Shown here: positions 48,301 to 56,958 of the stretch, one piece after another
How the letters are laid out: every line of letters begins with the position of its first letter
Position numbering within the stretch: position 1 is the first letter of the stretch
Assembly (NCBI GenBank): GCA_040767195.1
Contig: JAXGPA010000002.1
Span: 192,001-256,000, forward strand
Length of the DNA: 64,000 bases
Source: Syntrophales bacterium
Lineage (GTDB): Bacteria; Desulfobacterota; Syntrophia; Syntrophales; UBA6807
Reading direction: 5' to 3'
Notes under the pieces: generated by a model
The model's database searches: none
What the model saw: only the letters and a program-made list of their open reading frames with translations
Told to the model about the DNA's origin: nothing
Position numbers and translations under genes: made by a program

Positions 48301-50196
48301 GCCGTCGACGCACTTCCGGAACCACAACTCCGTCATCACCAGGCGCCAGAGCTGCTCCGGCCTCGGGAAACGATGATAAACCGGCGGGCGGCCTCGCGGC
48401 GGCAGAAGAAGACGCAGCTTTTTTTCGTCCAGAATCCCCCTCTGAAGGCTCCGGGCGGACAGGAGGAGATCCCGGATTTCCTCGTAATTGCCCGGCATGG
48501 TCATCCATCGAAACACCGGAGCGGGCATGCCGAGCTTCCGCCGGCGGAACCGGATCGGGGCAGGAAGGTCCTTCGAAAAGGATCTGCGAAGGAGACTCTT
48601 TGTCCACCCGTCGCTGATCTTTTCGTTCCAGGGAAGGCGGAAACAGAAGCGGACCAGCTTGGGATCCAGAAAGGGCATTCTCAGATCCAGGGCGAAAGCC
48701 CGGCCCAGGACATGGGAGGATCGAAGCATCTCGGGAAGGCCGGAGTACCGGAAGGTGAGCCACAAGGCGTTGTTCAGCCGGCTTTCAAAGGGTTTTTCCA
48801 CATCGGAACGAAACCATGTTTCGGGGCATCTCTCCGGCGGCACCGGAGGATGGGAAAAAACGAAATCCCGGTTCAAAACGGAAGTCAAGGGCCACAGATT
48901 TGTGGTGACCTTCCGGAAGAATAGCTGTACCAGCAGGATCCGTAACCAACCCAGGGGAGAGGGAATCATTTCCATCAGTCCAAGAATATCGGAAATCAGA
49001 CCCGCCTCTTTCTTCCTTTCCTTTCCATCCCGGAGAAAGACCCGATCCGCCAGATAGGGGACAACGAGATTGGGATACCCCGCCAGCAGCTCGTCGGGAC
49101 CCGTTCCGTCGAAAACCGTGTCTCCGTGACGGACCGCTTCCTTGAACAGGAACCACTGGGCGAACCGGCCCCTGAGAGGTGTCGGTTCGTCGTGAACCCG
49201 GACGATATCCGCCATTGTCGTCAGCATGTCCCGGGGATCGGGCGTCACCCAGTGAATATCGTATTTTTCCGGGTTATCAGCAGCTGCGGCTGTGTAAACG
49301 CTTTCGTCCAGGTCTCTGTCTTCATCATAACGAAGGGCGACGCAGGAAACTTTCTTTTTCGTCATCCCGGCAAGGGTTCTCAAAAGAACCGTGGAATCGA
49401 GGCCGCCGCTTGTGAAAACGGAGAAGGGGCGGGCTTCTTCTGTCTGCCGGGAGATCGCCTGCCTCACGAGAGTCCGGAACGCTTCGTCGAGACCTTCACG
49501 GGAAATTTCCTCCTCCCCGAGGGGGGACCAGTATTCGGTGGTCTCCCGCTTCCCGGATTGGATAACGAGAAACGATCCCGGCGGCACGGACCGGATGTTA
49601 CGAAAGAAAGTCTCCTCCCCGGCGTCGGGGGACCCGCCTTCCAGGAACCAGCAAAGCTCCCGGTGATTGACCTGCCTTTCCTCCGGAAAGGCGGCGTGAA
49701 TGGCCCCGGTCTCCGAGGCGAATACAAAACGGTCGGGGGATGCGGCATAAAAGAGGGGTCTCATTCCCAGGGGGTCCCGGGCGATGGTCAGGCGCTCCGA
49801 CCGCCCGTCCCAGAAAGCCATGGCCCAGACACCTCGAAAACGGGAGAAGCACGCCGGTCCCCAGACTTCGTAGGCCCTGATCAGGATCTCCTCCGGGACG
49901 GGAGAGCGGAGCCGCACACCTTTTCCCGCCAATTCATCTCTCAGCTCATCTGCGTTCCAGAGGGTCCCGTCCCAGACAACCCGGAGGGGCCCCCTGGCGA
50001 AACCGCCTTCCTGCTCCATTTCGGAAAAGACCGGGGGAAAACAGCGGTGCTGGACGAGACCCACGCTTTTCCGGAAAAAAATCTCCCCTCTTCCGGAACG
50101 GGGCCGCGAAAGGCTTTCCGACAGGATCTCCAGGGCGGCCCGGGGGACCGTCTCGCCCGAAAGATTCCAGATGCCACCGACCCCCGCCAGGGTCAC
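48295..50196 (-). CDS. Asparagine synthetase-like amide ligase with a degenerate glutaminase domain
   Basis: ARDPLGMRPLFY, FVFASE, SGGLDS, GPDELLAGY, RMPFLD, RRKLG. The N-terminus reads LAGVGGI rather than MCGIAG. Confidence 0.85.
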   Translation of the reverse strand: MTLAGVGGIWNLSGETVPRAALEILSESLSRPRSGRGEIFFRKSVGLVQHRCFPPVFSEMEQEGGFARGPLRVVWDGTLWNADELRDELAGKGVRLRSPVPEEILIRAYEVWGPACFSRFRGVWAMAFWDGRSERLTIARDPLGMRPLFYAASPDRFVFASETGAIHAAFPEERQVNHRELCWFLEGGSPDAGEETFFRNIRSVPPGSFLVIQSGKRETTEYWSPLGEEEISREGLDEAFRTLVRQAISRQTEEARPFSVFTSGGLDSTVLLRTLAGMTKKKVSCVALRYDEDRDLDESVYTAAAADNPEKYDIHWVTPDPRDMLTTMADIVRVHDEPTPLRGRFAQWFLFKEAVRHGDTVFDGTGPDELLAGYPNLVVPYLADRVFLRDGKERKKEAGLISDILGLMEMIPSPLGWLRILLVQLFFRKVTTNLWPLTSVLNRDFVFSHPPVPPERCPETWFRSDVEKPFESRLNNALWLTFRYSGLPEMLRSSHVLGRAFALDLRMPFLDPKLVRFCFRLPWNEKISDGWTKSLLRRSFSKDLPAPIRFRRRKLGMPAPVFRWMTMPGNYEEIRDLLLSARSLQRGILDEKKLRLLLPPRGRPPVYHRFPRPEQLWRLVMTELWFRKCVDGL

Positions 50197-51353
50197 CCTT
50201 CATGACCTCCCAGGATCTCGTAATTCTTCAGGGCTCTTTCGTTCCAGTTTTTCATCCGTTTCCGGAAGAGGGCTTCCGTTTCCTTCCTTCGTTGCCAAAG
50301 CACGGAAAAGCGTTCCCTGAGCAGGGGGCCGTCCAGGCTTTCAACGGGAAGATAACCCGACTCGAGAGACAGCACCTCGAAGACCCCCTGACCCTTCGCC
50401 GGGGTGATGGCGATTCCCATGACGGGAACGCCGGAAGAGGCGGCCAGGATGAGGGCGTGCATGCGGACGGCGATGACCGTGTCCATGAGACCCAGGACAG
50501 CCTTCAACTCTTCCGGGGTATAGTCGCCCTTCAGAACAAAGGTCCGTTCCCGGTTACACAGCTTTTCCCGGATTTCTTCCGAGTACCGGTCGTCGTCCTG
50601 GCCGTAATCGTCTTCACTTCTTGCTTTTCTCATGGGAACGAAGACAAGGCGGACCCCCCAGTCGTCGACAAGGGAATCGAGAAAACGGACATAGGCCCGA
50701 TCCGTTCGATCCGCCCGCTGCCTGTCTTCCACCGAAACACGCCGGGTGGAACCGGGAAGAAACCGGTGGGAAAAATGAAACCACCGCCGCAGGGAAATAC
50801 CGACAGCGGGCGTTTCATCCTGGGGGATGCCTTCCGCCTCCAGGATCGCCCGCCCCCTGTCGCGACCCGCCGAGGGAAGGGAAAACGCCAGGTCCGCCGT
50901 GAGTTCCATCTTGTCATCCCGCACCCCGAGTTGTTCAAGCAACTCCATGGAAAGCCTGTCTCTCACACCGATCCGTTCAGCCATGTTGACTACCGGTCCC
51001 GTGACGGCCTTTCCCAGGGAGGATTCGACAGGCCCGGCGCCGACTCCGAGGCAGAAAACTTTTTTTCCGAGACTCTTGGCCACCCCGATGAGAAACAGGC
51101 CGAAAAGGAGAAAAAACTGGCTCGTGAGGTCCTGAAAGGGATGCCCGCCGCCGAGGATGACGGTGTCGCAACCTACGATGGCCCGGAGCAGTTTCAGGAC
51201 CCGGCGGGGCGACCGGGTCCCCGAGTAGGAAAAAACCTCTATCCGGGCATCCGGGAATCGTTCGCGAAGGTCGGGAAGCATGGCGCGAAGAATCGCCTGG
51301 TCCCCCTTGTTGGCGGAGTCGACGCCGTCATTGCAAAGGACGATTTTTTTCAC
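50193..51353 (-). CDS. Polysaccharide pyruvyl transferase family (WcaK/CsaB-like)
   Basis: NKGDQAIL, LGGGHPFQD, GVGAGP, VRDRLS, ADLAF, RMHALILA..SGVP. GTG start at 51353. Confidence 0.88.
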   Translation of the reverse strand: MKKIVLCNDGVDSANKGDQAILRAMLPDLRERFPDARIEVFSYSGTRSPRRVLKLLRAIVGCDTVILGGGHPFQDLTSQFFLLFGLFLIGVAKSLGKKVFCLGVGAGPVESSLGKAVTGPVVNMAERIGVRDRLSMELLEQLGVRDDKMELTADLAFSLPSAGRDRGRAILEAEGIPQDETPAVGISLRRWFHFSHRFLPGSTRRVSVEDRQRADRTDRAYVRFLDSLVDDWGVRLVFVPMRKARSEDDYGQDDDRYSEEIREKLCNRERTFVLKGDYTPEELKAVLGLMDTVIAVRMHALILAASSGVPVMGIAITPAKGQGVFEVLSLESGYLPVESLDGPLLRERFSVLWQRRKETEALFRKRMKNWNERALKNYEILGGHEG

Positions 51354-52348
51354 CTCTTCTCCACCAGGCGGACCAGCGTCCCCATCCCGTAGGCCAGGGG
51401 AACGATGGCGGAGGTCACGGGAATGATGAAAAAAGCCCTGGGCGACTTTAATTTCAAGGCCCCGAGAAGGCCGTCGGCGAGAAGGAGGAAAAAATACGAA
51501 ACGGTGACGGTGAGCCAAAGGGCCATAACCTTCGCGCTGAACAAGGAGAAAAGGGCAAGGAGAACCCATAAAATCACGAAAAAGGCGGGAAAGACATGGG
51601 GCCACTCGAACGCCTCGGGGGCGTGCCTGAGAATGTCGACCCGCACCTTCCCCGAAATGAACGTCTGTTTCCAGAAAGCCGGAAGGGTGCCCCGCCGCCA
51701 GTGCCAGACCCAGGCGTCCTCCACGTATACGATCCGGAAACCGGCCTTCCGGATCCGGTTGGCCAGGTCCTTTTCCTCGCCCCGGCTTTTGAAAACACAG
51801 TTGAAGCGGCCGACTCGATCGATGACATCCCGACGGACGGCCATGTTGCAGCCCGCCGGCAGGTATCGGACGAGCGGGTTGCCGCTCTTCCTCATGCTTC
51901 CGGAACCGATGAAGGAGTGCATGGAATAATCGATGCAGCGAAGAAGCAGGGGATGATCAGGGGGGACCTTGTCGGGCCCGCCGGTGCAGCCCACTTCGGG
52001 ATCCTCAAGAGGCCGGGTGAGCTTTTCCAGCCAGTCTTCCGGGCTGAAGGCATCGCCGTCAAGAAAAACGACAATGTCCCCCCGGGCTTTATCGAGAAGG
52101 AAATTACGGGCCGTCGAAATGCCCCGGCTCTCGGCAAGGGAATAGACACGAAACCGCGCATCCCCTTCAGCGAAACGGGCCGCGATCTCCAGGGTCCGGT
52201 CCGTCGATGCATCGCTCACGACCACCACCTCGAAGTCGGACACAGTCTGTCGGGAAATGCTCCGGAGGCACGCCTCGATCGTTTTTTCGTTGTTTCTTGT
52301 CGGGATGAGGACGGAAACGGACCTGCGAATCATGTGGGTATCAACCAT
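51350..52348 (-). CDS. Glycosyltransferase family 2 with C-terminal TM segments
   Basis: VSVLIPTRN, SDASTD, ARN, FLDGD, GCNMAVRR, EEKDL. Confidence 0.92.
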   Translation of the reverse strand: MVDTHMIRRSVSVLIPTRNNEKTIEACLRSISRQTVSDFEVVVVSDASTDRTLEIAARFAEGDARFRVYSLAESRGISTARNFLLDKARGDIVVFLDGDAFSPEDWLEKLTRPLEDPEVGCTGGPDKVPPDHPLLLRCIDYSMHSFIGSGSMRKSGNPLVRYLPAGCNMAVRRDVIDRVGRFNCVFKSRGEEKDLANRIRKAGFRIVYVEDAWVWHWRRGTLPAFWKQTFISGKVRVDILRHAPEAFEWPHVFPAFFVILWVLLALFSLFSAKVMALWLTVTVSYFFLLLADGLLGALKLKSPRAFFIIPVTSAIVPLAYGMGTLVRLVEKR

Positions 52349-52511
52349 GAGTGTTTGTGCGCCCTTAATGGCCGTTTTTCTTTACGCAGATTAAACAGAA
52401 AAATTCAATTAAAAATAAACAGGACCGTTGTCTCTTTTAACAATTCCTGATATGTTTGCGGTCAATTTCAGATGGATCGCTATTATTTCAGAAGACGCTT
52501 TGAAAAACCGT

Positions 52512-53375
52512 ATGGTTTCCCTTGAAAATGAGCAGGCCGAAAAGATCGCCGCCGAGTGGTCTTTGCGCGCCCCGCCTATCCGACCGGGATGGGAAACCCT
52601 GGATATTCTCGCCCGGGAAATGGACGGGACTGAACGCAGCCGCATCCTGATCCTGGGGGCAACCCCGGAACTCGTGGATTTCTCTCTCAGGAAAAGAGCC
52701 TCGCGGATCACTCTCATGGATCAGTCGGAAGATTGGGTGAAGGCAATGGAATCCCTCGGATCGGAGGACTGGACGGGAGTCGAAAAAATCATCGCCGACT
52801 GGAGAACGCCTCGGGAGGATCTGCGAAACGCTTTCAACACCATCTTAGGAGACGGTTCCTTCAACATGGTTTCCTACCCGGAAGAATGGGAGACCGTTTT
52901 ACGAAATCTTGCCGCCTATCTCGTCCCGGGAGGACGCGTCATCGCTCGAAACCTGACCTGTCCGAGCACCCCCTTCTCGTTCACGGCTTACCTGGAAGAG
53001 GCCCTTCGTCACTTCAGAACGGTGAATCAAAACAGGGACTCCCTGAAAATCCTGCTCTCGACCGTCCGCCAGGCGGCCTTTGTCGGATCCGTCGATTCCA
53101 CGAGTCTCGTGTTAGAGGACCTGAGGCGGAAGCTTGAAAGAGAAGCGTGCCAAAAATTGAAATCAATGGCCGACTTCCAGGAGGATCACGAAATCATTGA
53201 AATATTGTTGGGAACAGAAAAAGAGCAGAAAGCCCGGAAGGGGGGATACGTTCCTCGTAAGGAAAACATTTCGGAAATTTTTCACGCCGCAGGATTCACG
53301 GTACGATCTTTTCAACCTGTGGAAAATCGATTCGGCCTGGACGTTTCGTTCGTCCTCACGGCCGTGAAAACCTGA
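52512..53375 (+). CDS. Class I SAM-dependent methyltransferase-like protein (paralogue 1)
   Basis: ILILGATPEL, LMD, ADW, FNTILGDGSF, LVPGGRVIAR. Start uncertain between 52428 and 52512. Confidence 0.72.
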   Translation: MVSLENEQAEKIAAEWSLRAPPIRPGWETLDILAREMDGTERSRILILGATPELVDFSLRKRASRITLMDQSEDWVKAMESLGSEDWTGVEKIIADWRTPREDLRNAFNTILGDGSFNMVSYPEEWETVLRNLAAYLVPGGRVIARNLTCPSTPFSFTAYLEEALRHFRTVNQNRDSLKILLSTVRQAAFVGSVDSTSLVLEDLRRKLEREACQKLKSMADFQEDHEIIEILLGTEKEQKARKGGYVPRKENISEIFHAAGFTVRSFQPVENRFGLDVSFVLTAVKT

Positions 53376-53446
53376 ACCGCAGGGTCCAACCGCTTCTTTT
53401 TGCCGCAAGTGACCGTCGAGACCATGCTCGAGACAAAAGACCTTCC

Positions 53447-54352
53447 ATGGGGTATCAGATGAAAAAGGATAAAAAAGAGAGCGAAATCGAGAAAACTGCC
53501 CTCTGGTGGTCCCACATCGGCCAACCCATCCGGCCCGGCGGGGACGAAATCAGGATTATCGAAGAGCAACTTCCGACCGGGCAGGACCTTTCCGCCTTAA
53601 TCCTGGGGGCGACTCCCGAGTTCGTCAACCTCCTCCTTCGAAGAAAAGCCAAAAAAATAGTTGTTATAGACCATTACGAACCCCACGTAAAAGCCATGGA
53701 GATCCTGGGCGGACAGGATTGGTCTTCCGTGGAAGTTGTCCTGTCCGACTGGAGGACGGAAAATAAAAACCTTGAAAAAACGTTCAATGTCATTCTGGGA
53801 GACAACGCCTTTCTTTTCACCCGGTATCCCGAGGACTGGAAGAATCTCTCCCGGATCCTTCACGGATACCTGGCCCCGGGAGGGCGATTTGTCCTGCGGT
53901 CCTTTTTCCAGCCGACGAAGCCCTTCGATTTCGATCATCACCTCGACGAAACCCTGAAAAGGGTCATGGAAATCCGGCAGGAAATGCCCTCCGATGCGAA
54001 TATGTCGATTTTCCGCAATGAGATCACAAGCCTGCGCACAGGAACGACTATGGCTGTCATCGATGCCGGGTCCCGCTGTTCCGCGCGGGAGAGAGACAAA
54101 CTGATACAGTCCGCCAGAGATAAACTGGCCGGGCTGTTCAAGGAAACGCCTTACTGGAACACGATTGACAATATTCTTTTTGTGGACGCGTTCAAGAAGG
54201 GAGAATACAGCGTGTCCTCCGTCCCCCCTCTGGAAGAAGTGAGTAAACTGCTTTTAAATACCGGCTTTTCAAGCGTCTTGGACATTCCCTCCGGCGACAG
54301 GCCGTTCAAGGAAGCGGTCAGCGTTCTTGTTGCCCGAAAAACTGGATCGTGA
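53447..54352 (+). CDS. Class I SAM-dependent methyltransferase-like protein (paralogue 2)
   Basis: ALILGATPEF, VID, SDW, FNVILGDNAF, LAPGGRFVLR. Confidence 0.75.
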   Translation: MGYQMKKDKKESEIEKTALWWSHIGQPIRPGGDEIRIIEEQLPTGQDLSALILGATPEFVNLLLRRKAKKIVVIDHYEPHVKAMEILGGQDWSSVEVVLSDWRTENKNLEKTFNVILGDNAFLFTRYPEDWKNLSRILHGYLAPGGRFVLRSFFQPTKPFDFDHHLDETLKRVMEIRQEMPSDANMSIFRNEITSLRTGTTMAVIDAGSRCSARERDKLIQSARDKLAGLFKETPYWNTIDNILFVDAFKKGEYSVSSVPPLEEVSKLLLNTGFSSVLDIPSGDRPFKEAVSVLVARKTGS

Positions 54353-54391
54353 TCTTCGGAAAAAAGATGCCAGGGTATTCATGGTCGCGTT

Positions 54392-54532
54392 TGTCTGAAA
54401 ACGGAAAAGGAAGAGGGGTTCACCCTGGCCTCATTTCCTCGCCTGGAAGATGTAAAGAAGTTGACGACCGATCTTGGTTTCGTTCAGAGAATGATCGCTC
54501 TTTGGGGATCGGTCTTTGAGTGGAGTGTTTAG
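54392..54532 (+). pseudogene. Relic 3' fragment of a fourth methyltransferase paralogue
   Basis: Translates to LKTEKEEGFTLASFPRLEDVKKLTTDLGF, which aligns with paralogue 2 (KKGEYSVSSVPPLEEVSKLLLNTGF). No start codon. Confidence 0.5.
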
Positions 54533-54586
54533 AACTCTTGAGACCGAAAAAATCTCAAATTTTTGACACCTGAGCCATCGCCATCC

Positions 54587-55567
54587 ATGAAATTTGACGA
54601 CCCATCGGCAAGTGATACAATCATCAGAAACTGGTCCATGTGGGGCTGTCCCGTACGCCCTGGACAGGAAGACATCCTCCTGTTCCAGAAAAAACTGAAA
54701 TCCATTGAAGAGTCGCGGGTTCTCATACTGGGATGCACACCCGAACTTGTCGACATGGTTCTCGAGGAAAACCCTCTCCGGGTTACAATCATGGACCGGT
54801 TTCCTCCCAATGTCACCGCCATGAAAAAAATGGCCACGAAAAACTGGTCCCGTGTCGAAGTCATTATCCGAGACTGGAGAACCCCGCTTGATGACCTGAC
54901 AGACAGGTACAACATCGTTCTGGGAGACGGACCGTTCACATTTCTTCGATTTCCCGACGATTATCTTTTGATATGCCGGAATCTCAATAGATATATTTCC
55001 GATGGAGGCCTGGTTGTCATCCGGAACATGGTGTGGATGGAAAGATCCCCCGACGAACTGGATAGCTATTACCGGCAGATCATGAACCGGCTGCGAGAAT
55101 GGAAACTCGAGAAAAACGATCCTGTGGACGATATATTCGTTAAAAACACCGTCAGTGAACTGTGGTTTTATGCCTTCTTCAAGGCAAACACGGATCCAGC
55201 CAAACTCTGTGATGAACAGTTGAGATATTGGACCGGCAAGGTCTCCTGTGACCTTTTCGAAATCTTCGGGGAACGCATATTCAAGGTTACAGAAGTCGTT
55301 CTTGATACCCGGGGTTTGAATCAGAGTTACCGGGAACAGCGAATCCCTGTCCAGTCCATACCTCGCATTGAGGAAATGATCTCTCTTTTCGAATCCTGTC
55401 ATTTTTTGCTCATGGAAAACACCACGGTGGGCTGCCAGACTGTTCCAGGCATATGGAGGATCGTGACTTTCCGCAACATGAAGGGCTTCCATCGACAGGA
55501 GCATAGGGGGAAAAGCATCCCCCACGCCGCCGTTCCGGACAGGAGCGAAACAGGGGAAATGCCATGA
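54587..55567 (+). CDS. Class I SAM-dependent methyltransferase-like protein (paralogue 3)
   Basis: VLILGCTPEL, IMD, RDW, YNIVLGDGPF, ISDGGLVVIR. Confidence 0.72.
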   Translation: MKFDDPSASDTIIRNWSMWGCPVRPGQEDILLFQKKLKSIEESRVLILGCTPELVDMVLEENPLRVTIMDRFPPNVTAMKKMATKNWSRVEVIIRDWRTPLDDLTDRYNIVLGDGPFTFLRFPDDYLLICRNLNRYISDGGLVVIRNMVWMERSPDELDSYYRQIMNRLREWKLEKNDPVDDIFVKNTVSELWFYAFFKANTDPAKLCDEQLRYWTGKVSCDLFEIFGERIFKVTEVVLDTRGLNQSYREQRIPVQSIPRIEEMISLFESCHFLLMENTTVGCQTVPGIWRIVTFRNMKGFHRQEHRGKSIPHAAVPDRSETGEMP

Positions 55568-56790
55568 ACCGAGCCCGTCTCTTCCTGAAAGATCCGAAGC
55601 AAAAGGACGGTTGCCTTCACCTGGAAGCCCGGCTGCACCTGGGCCGGGGTAAACCCCTCACCGTCTGGTACCGGGTGCCGTCAAGCGCGAAAGGACAGGT
55701 GACCGGATGGGCGGACCCCTTCGTCATCGCCATGATTTTTCCCATCATGCAGCTCGGGAAGCCCGTTCACGTGGAAGGGCGTGTTGCCCCTTCCCTTCTT
55801 TTCAACCTGTCAGAATTCATGACTATCTGGGCTGTCTGGAGGCCCGAGCGGTACCGGGCCGTCGACATAACCGCCGAGGCAGAGGTCGAACCCCCGAAAC
55901 AACCGGAGAAAGGTCGGGCGGTCATGGCTTTTTCCGGCGGCCTGGATTCCTGCTTCACCGCCTGGCGGCACCGGAAGGCACTTGCCGGCAGGAGAACACA
56001 AAACCTCCTGTCCGGTGTCTTTATTCATGGGCTGGATATCCCCCTGACGCGGAAGGCATCGTATGAGGACCTGAAAAGGCAGAATCAGCTTCTTCTTTCC
56101 AGTGTCGGCATGAACCTGATTCCCGTGGCCACGAATTACCGGGAGATGCTCGTGGGATGGGGAGACTCCCACGCCGCGTCTCTCATCGCGGCCCTGGCCC
56201 TGTTTCAAAAAGAATTCGACACCGGCCTTCTCGGCGCCTCGAGACCCTATTACAGCACGGACCCCAAAATCGTCTGGGGCAGTAACGCCGTGAGCGACCC
56301 CCTCCTTTCGAGCGCTTCCTTCCGGGTCCTTTACGACGGGGCTCAATTCTCCCGCCTGGATAAGGCGGCTCTCGTCGCCCGATGGCCGGAAGCCCTTCAA
56401 TACATGCACGTCTGCTGGGCAAACACGGAAGGTCACGAGAATTGCTGTCGCTGTGAAAAGTGCGTTCGCACGATTCTCATGTTTCGACTTCTCGGTTACG
56501 GTCAGCCCCCCTGTTTTGGGAAAATCCTGAATGAGGAGGATATCCAGGCCCTGAAACTCCATGGCGAGGTCTCTCACCGCACGTTGATGGACCTTGTCCG
56601 GGAGGCGGAAAAAAGAGGAGTGTCCGATGAAAAATGGGTTCTCAGGCTGCGGGAACTGACAAGTCAGAAAACCTGGGACAGGCGACTGCAGAACGCCGCC
56701 CGTGATGTCTTCCTTGACAAGGGTTTTTCAGGAACTCTCTTGCGATCCGCCCTTTACCGGATCCGTTCCGCCATGAAGCGTGGCAGTTGA
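55564..56790 (+). CDS. PP-loop (adenine nucleotide alpha-hydrolase-like) protein with a QueC-like Cys cluster (paralogue 1)
   Basis: MAFSGGLDS, WGSN, SRLDK, HVCW...NCCRCEKC. Confidence 0.7.
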   Translation: MNRARLFLKDPKQKDGCLHLEARLHLGRGKPLTVWYRVPSSAKGQVTGWADPFVIAMIFPIMQLGKPVHVEGRVAPSLLFNLSEFMTIWAVWRPERYRAVDITAEAEVEPPKQPEKGRAVMAFSGGLDSCFTAWRHRKALAGRRTQNLLSGVFIHGLDIPLTRKASYEDLKRQNQLLLSSVGMNLIPVATNYREMLVGWGDSHAASLIAALALFQKEFDTGLLGASRPYYSTDPKIVWGSNAVSDPLLSSASFRVLYDGAQFSRLDKAALVARWPEALQYMHVCWANTEGHENCCRCEKCVRTILMFRLLGYGQPPCFGKILNEEDIQALKLHGEVSHRTLMDLVREAEKRGVSDEKWVLRLRELTSQKTWDRRLQNAARDVFLDKGFSGTLLRSALYRIRSAMKRGS

Positions 56791-56958
56791 AAGAAGACGG
56801 AACCCAGCCCCGTTTACCTCATTCCCGTTACCTTCTGAATGAACGTCCGCCCCCGGTCATGGCCCGACCCGGGATGAAAGGTTGCGGGTCGGGTCTGTTG
56901 TGTAATTTTCTCCTTCCTGTTATGGTACCGGCACCAAAAGAACCATTATCATAAAAAA

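Noticed and set aside
54350..54532. Selenocysteine readthrough of the methyltransferase 2 TGA
   Set aside because: The protein already ends where paralogue 1 ends, no SECIS-like hairpin is evident, and the downstream frame looks like a paralogue remnant.
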